Assembly: GCF_001194135.2 (NCBI RefSeq)
Contig: NC_068997.1
Span: 55,956,458-56,017,095, forward strand
Length of the DNA: 60,638 nt
Reading direction: 5' to 3'
Source: Octopus bimaculoides
Taxonomy: Eukaryota
A program made the position numbers and the translations under genes. How positions within the stretch are numbered: position 1 is the first letter of the stretch; each line of letters opens with the position of its first letter. Positions 60,446 through 60,638 of this stretch are shown in pieces. The notes under the pieces were generated by a model. It worked only from the letters and a program-made list of their open reading frames with translations. It was not told the origin of the DNA and made no database searches.

Positions 60446-60638
60446 AAGTATTTCATCTGGCGAAGCATTTCATCTGGTGAAGCATTTCATCTGGCGAAGT
60501 ATTTCATCTGGTGAAGCATTTCATCTGGTGAAGCATTTCATCTGGCGAAGCATTTCATCTGGTGAAGCATTTCATCTGGTGAAGCATTTCATCTGGTGAA
60601 GCATTTCATCTGGTGAAGCATTTCATCTGGTGAAGCAT
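60446..60638. repeat. 17-bp minisatellite AAGYATTTCATCTGGYG, 11 full units plus 6 nt, running off the window end
   Basis: 193 bp = 11x17+6; variation occurs only at unit positions 4 (C/T) and 16 (C/T). Confidence 0.98.

Noticed and set aside
60446-60638. CRISPR-like array
   Set aside because: The units are contiguous with no spacers, the context is eukaryotic, and there are no cas genes.

Overview
This is AT-rich, repeat-dense eukaryotic DNA with five large N-gaps and four 10-N gaps. The SINE families, the microsatellite load and the gap pattern point to an octopus (coleoid cephalopod) draft scaffold; this is inferred from recalled repeat consensus sequences, not from a database search. I find no intact multi-exon gene, rRNA, true tRNA or CRISPR array, and nearly all ORF-track entries are microsatellite, SINE or gap artefacts. 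The supported content is: about 40 copies of several tRNA-derived SINE families (labels A, B, C, E, F and G are my own working names); decayed LINE fragments (RTE endonuclease, RT with YADD, and tails; a CR1-group C-terminus; an R4/Dong-like CCHC knuckle); a truncated Tc1/mariner transposase pseudogene (12740-13711); a possible solo LTR; and many simple repeats. The most interesting observations are a 17-bp minisatellite that arose inside a SINE head at the window end, two fold-back elements (4760-4947 and 48060-48201), an internally inverted SINE composite, a degenerate hammerhead-ribozyme-like motif, an isolated CpG pocket with an E2F-type palindrome, and a few weak candidate exons, including an 18-nt Gly-X-Y micro-exon and a polyAla-VKTE terminal exon. 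I cannot support a claim of a new biological system; the leads are ranked below.
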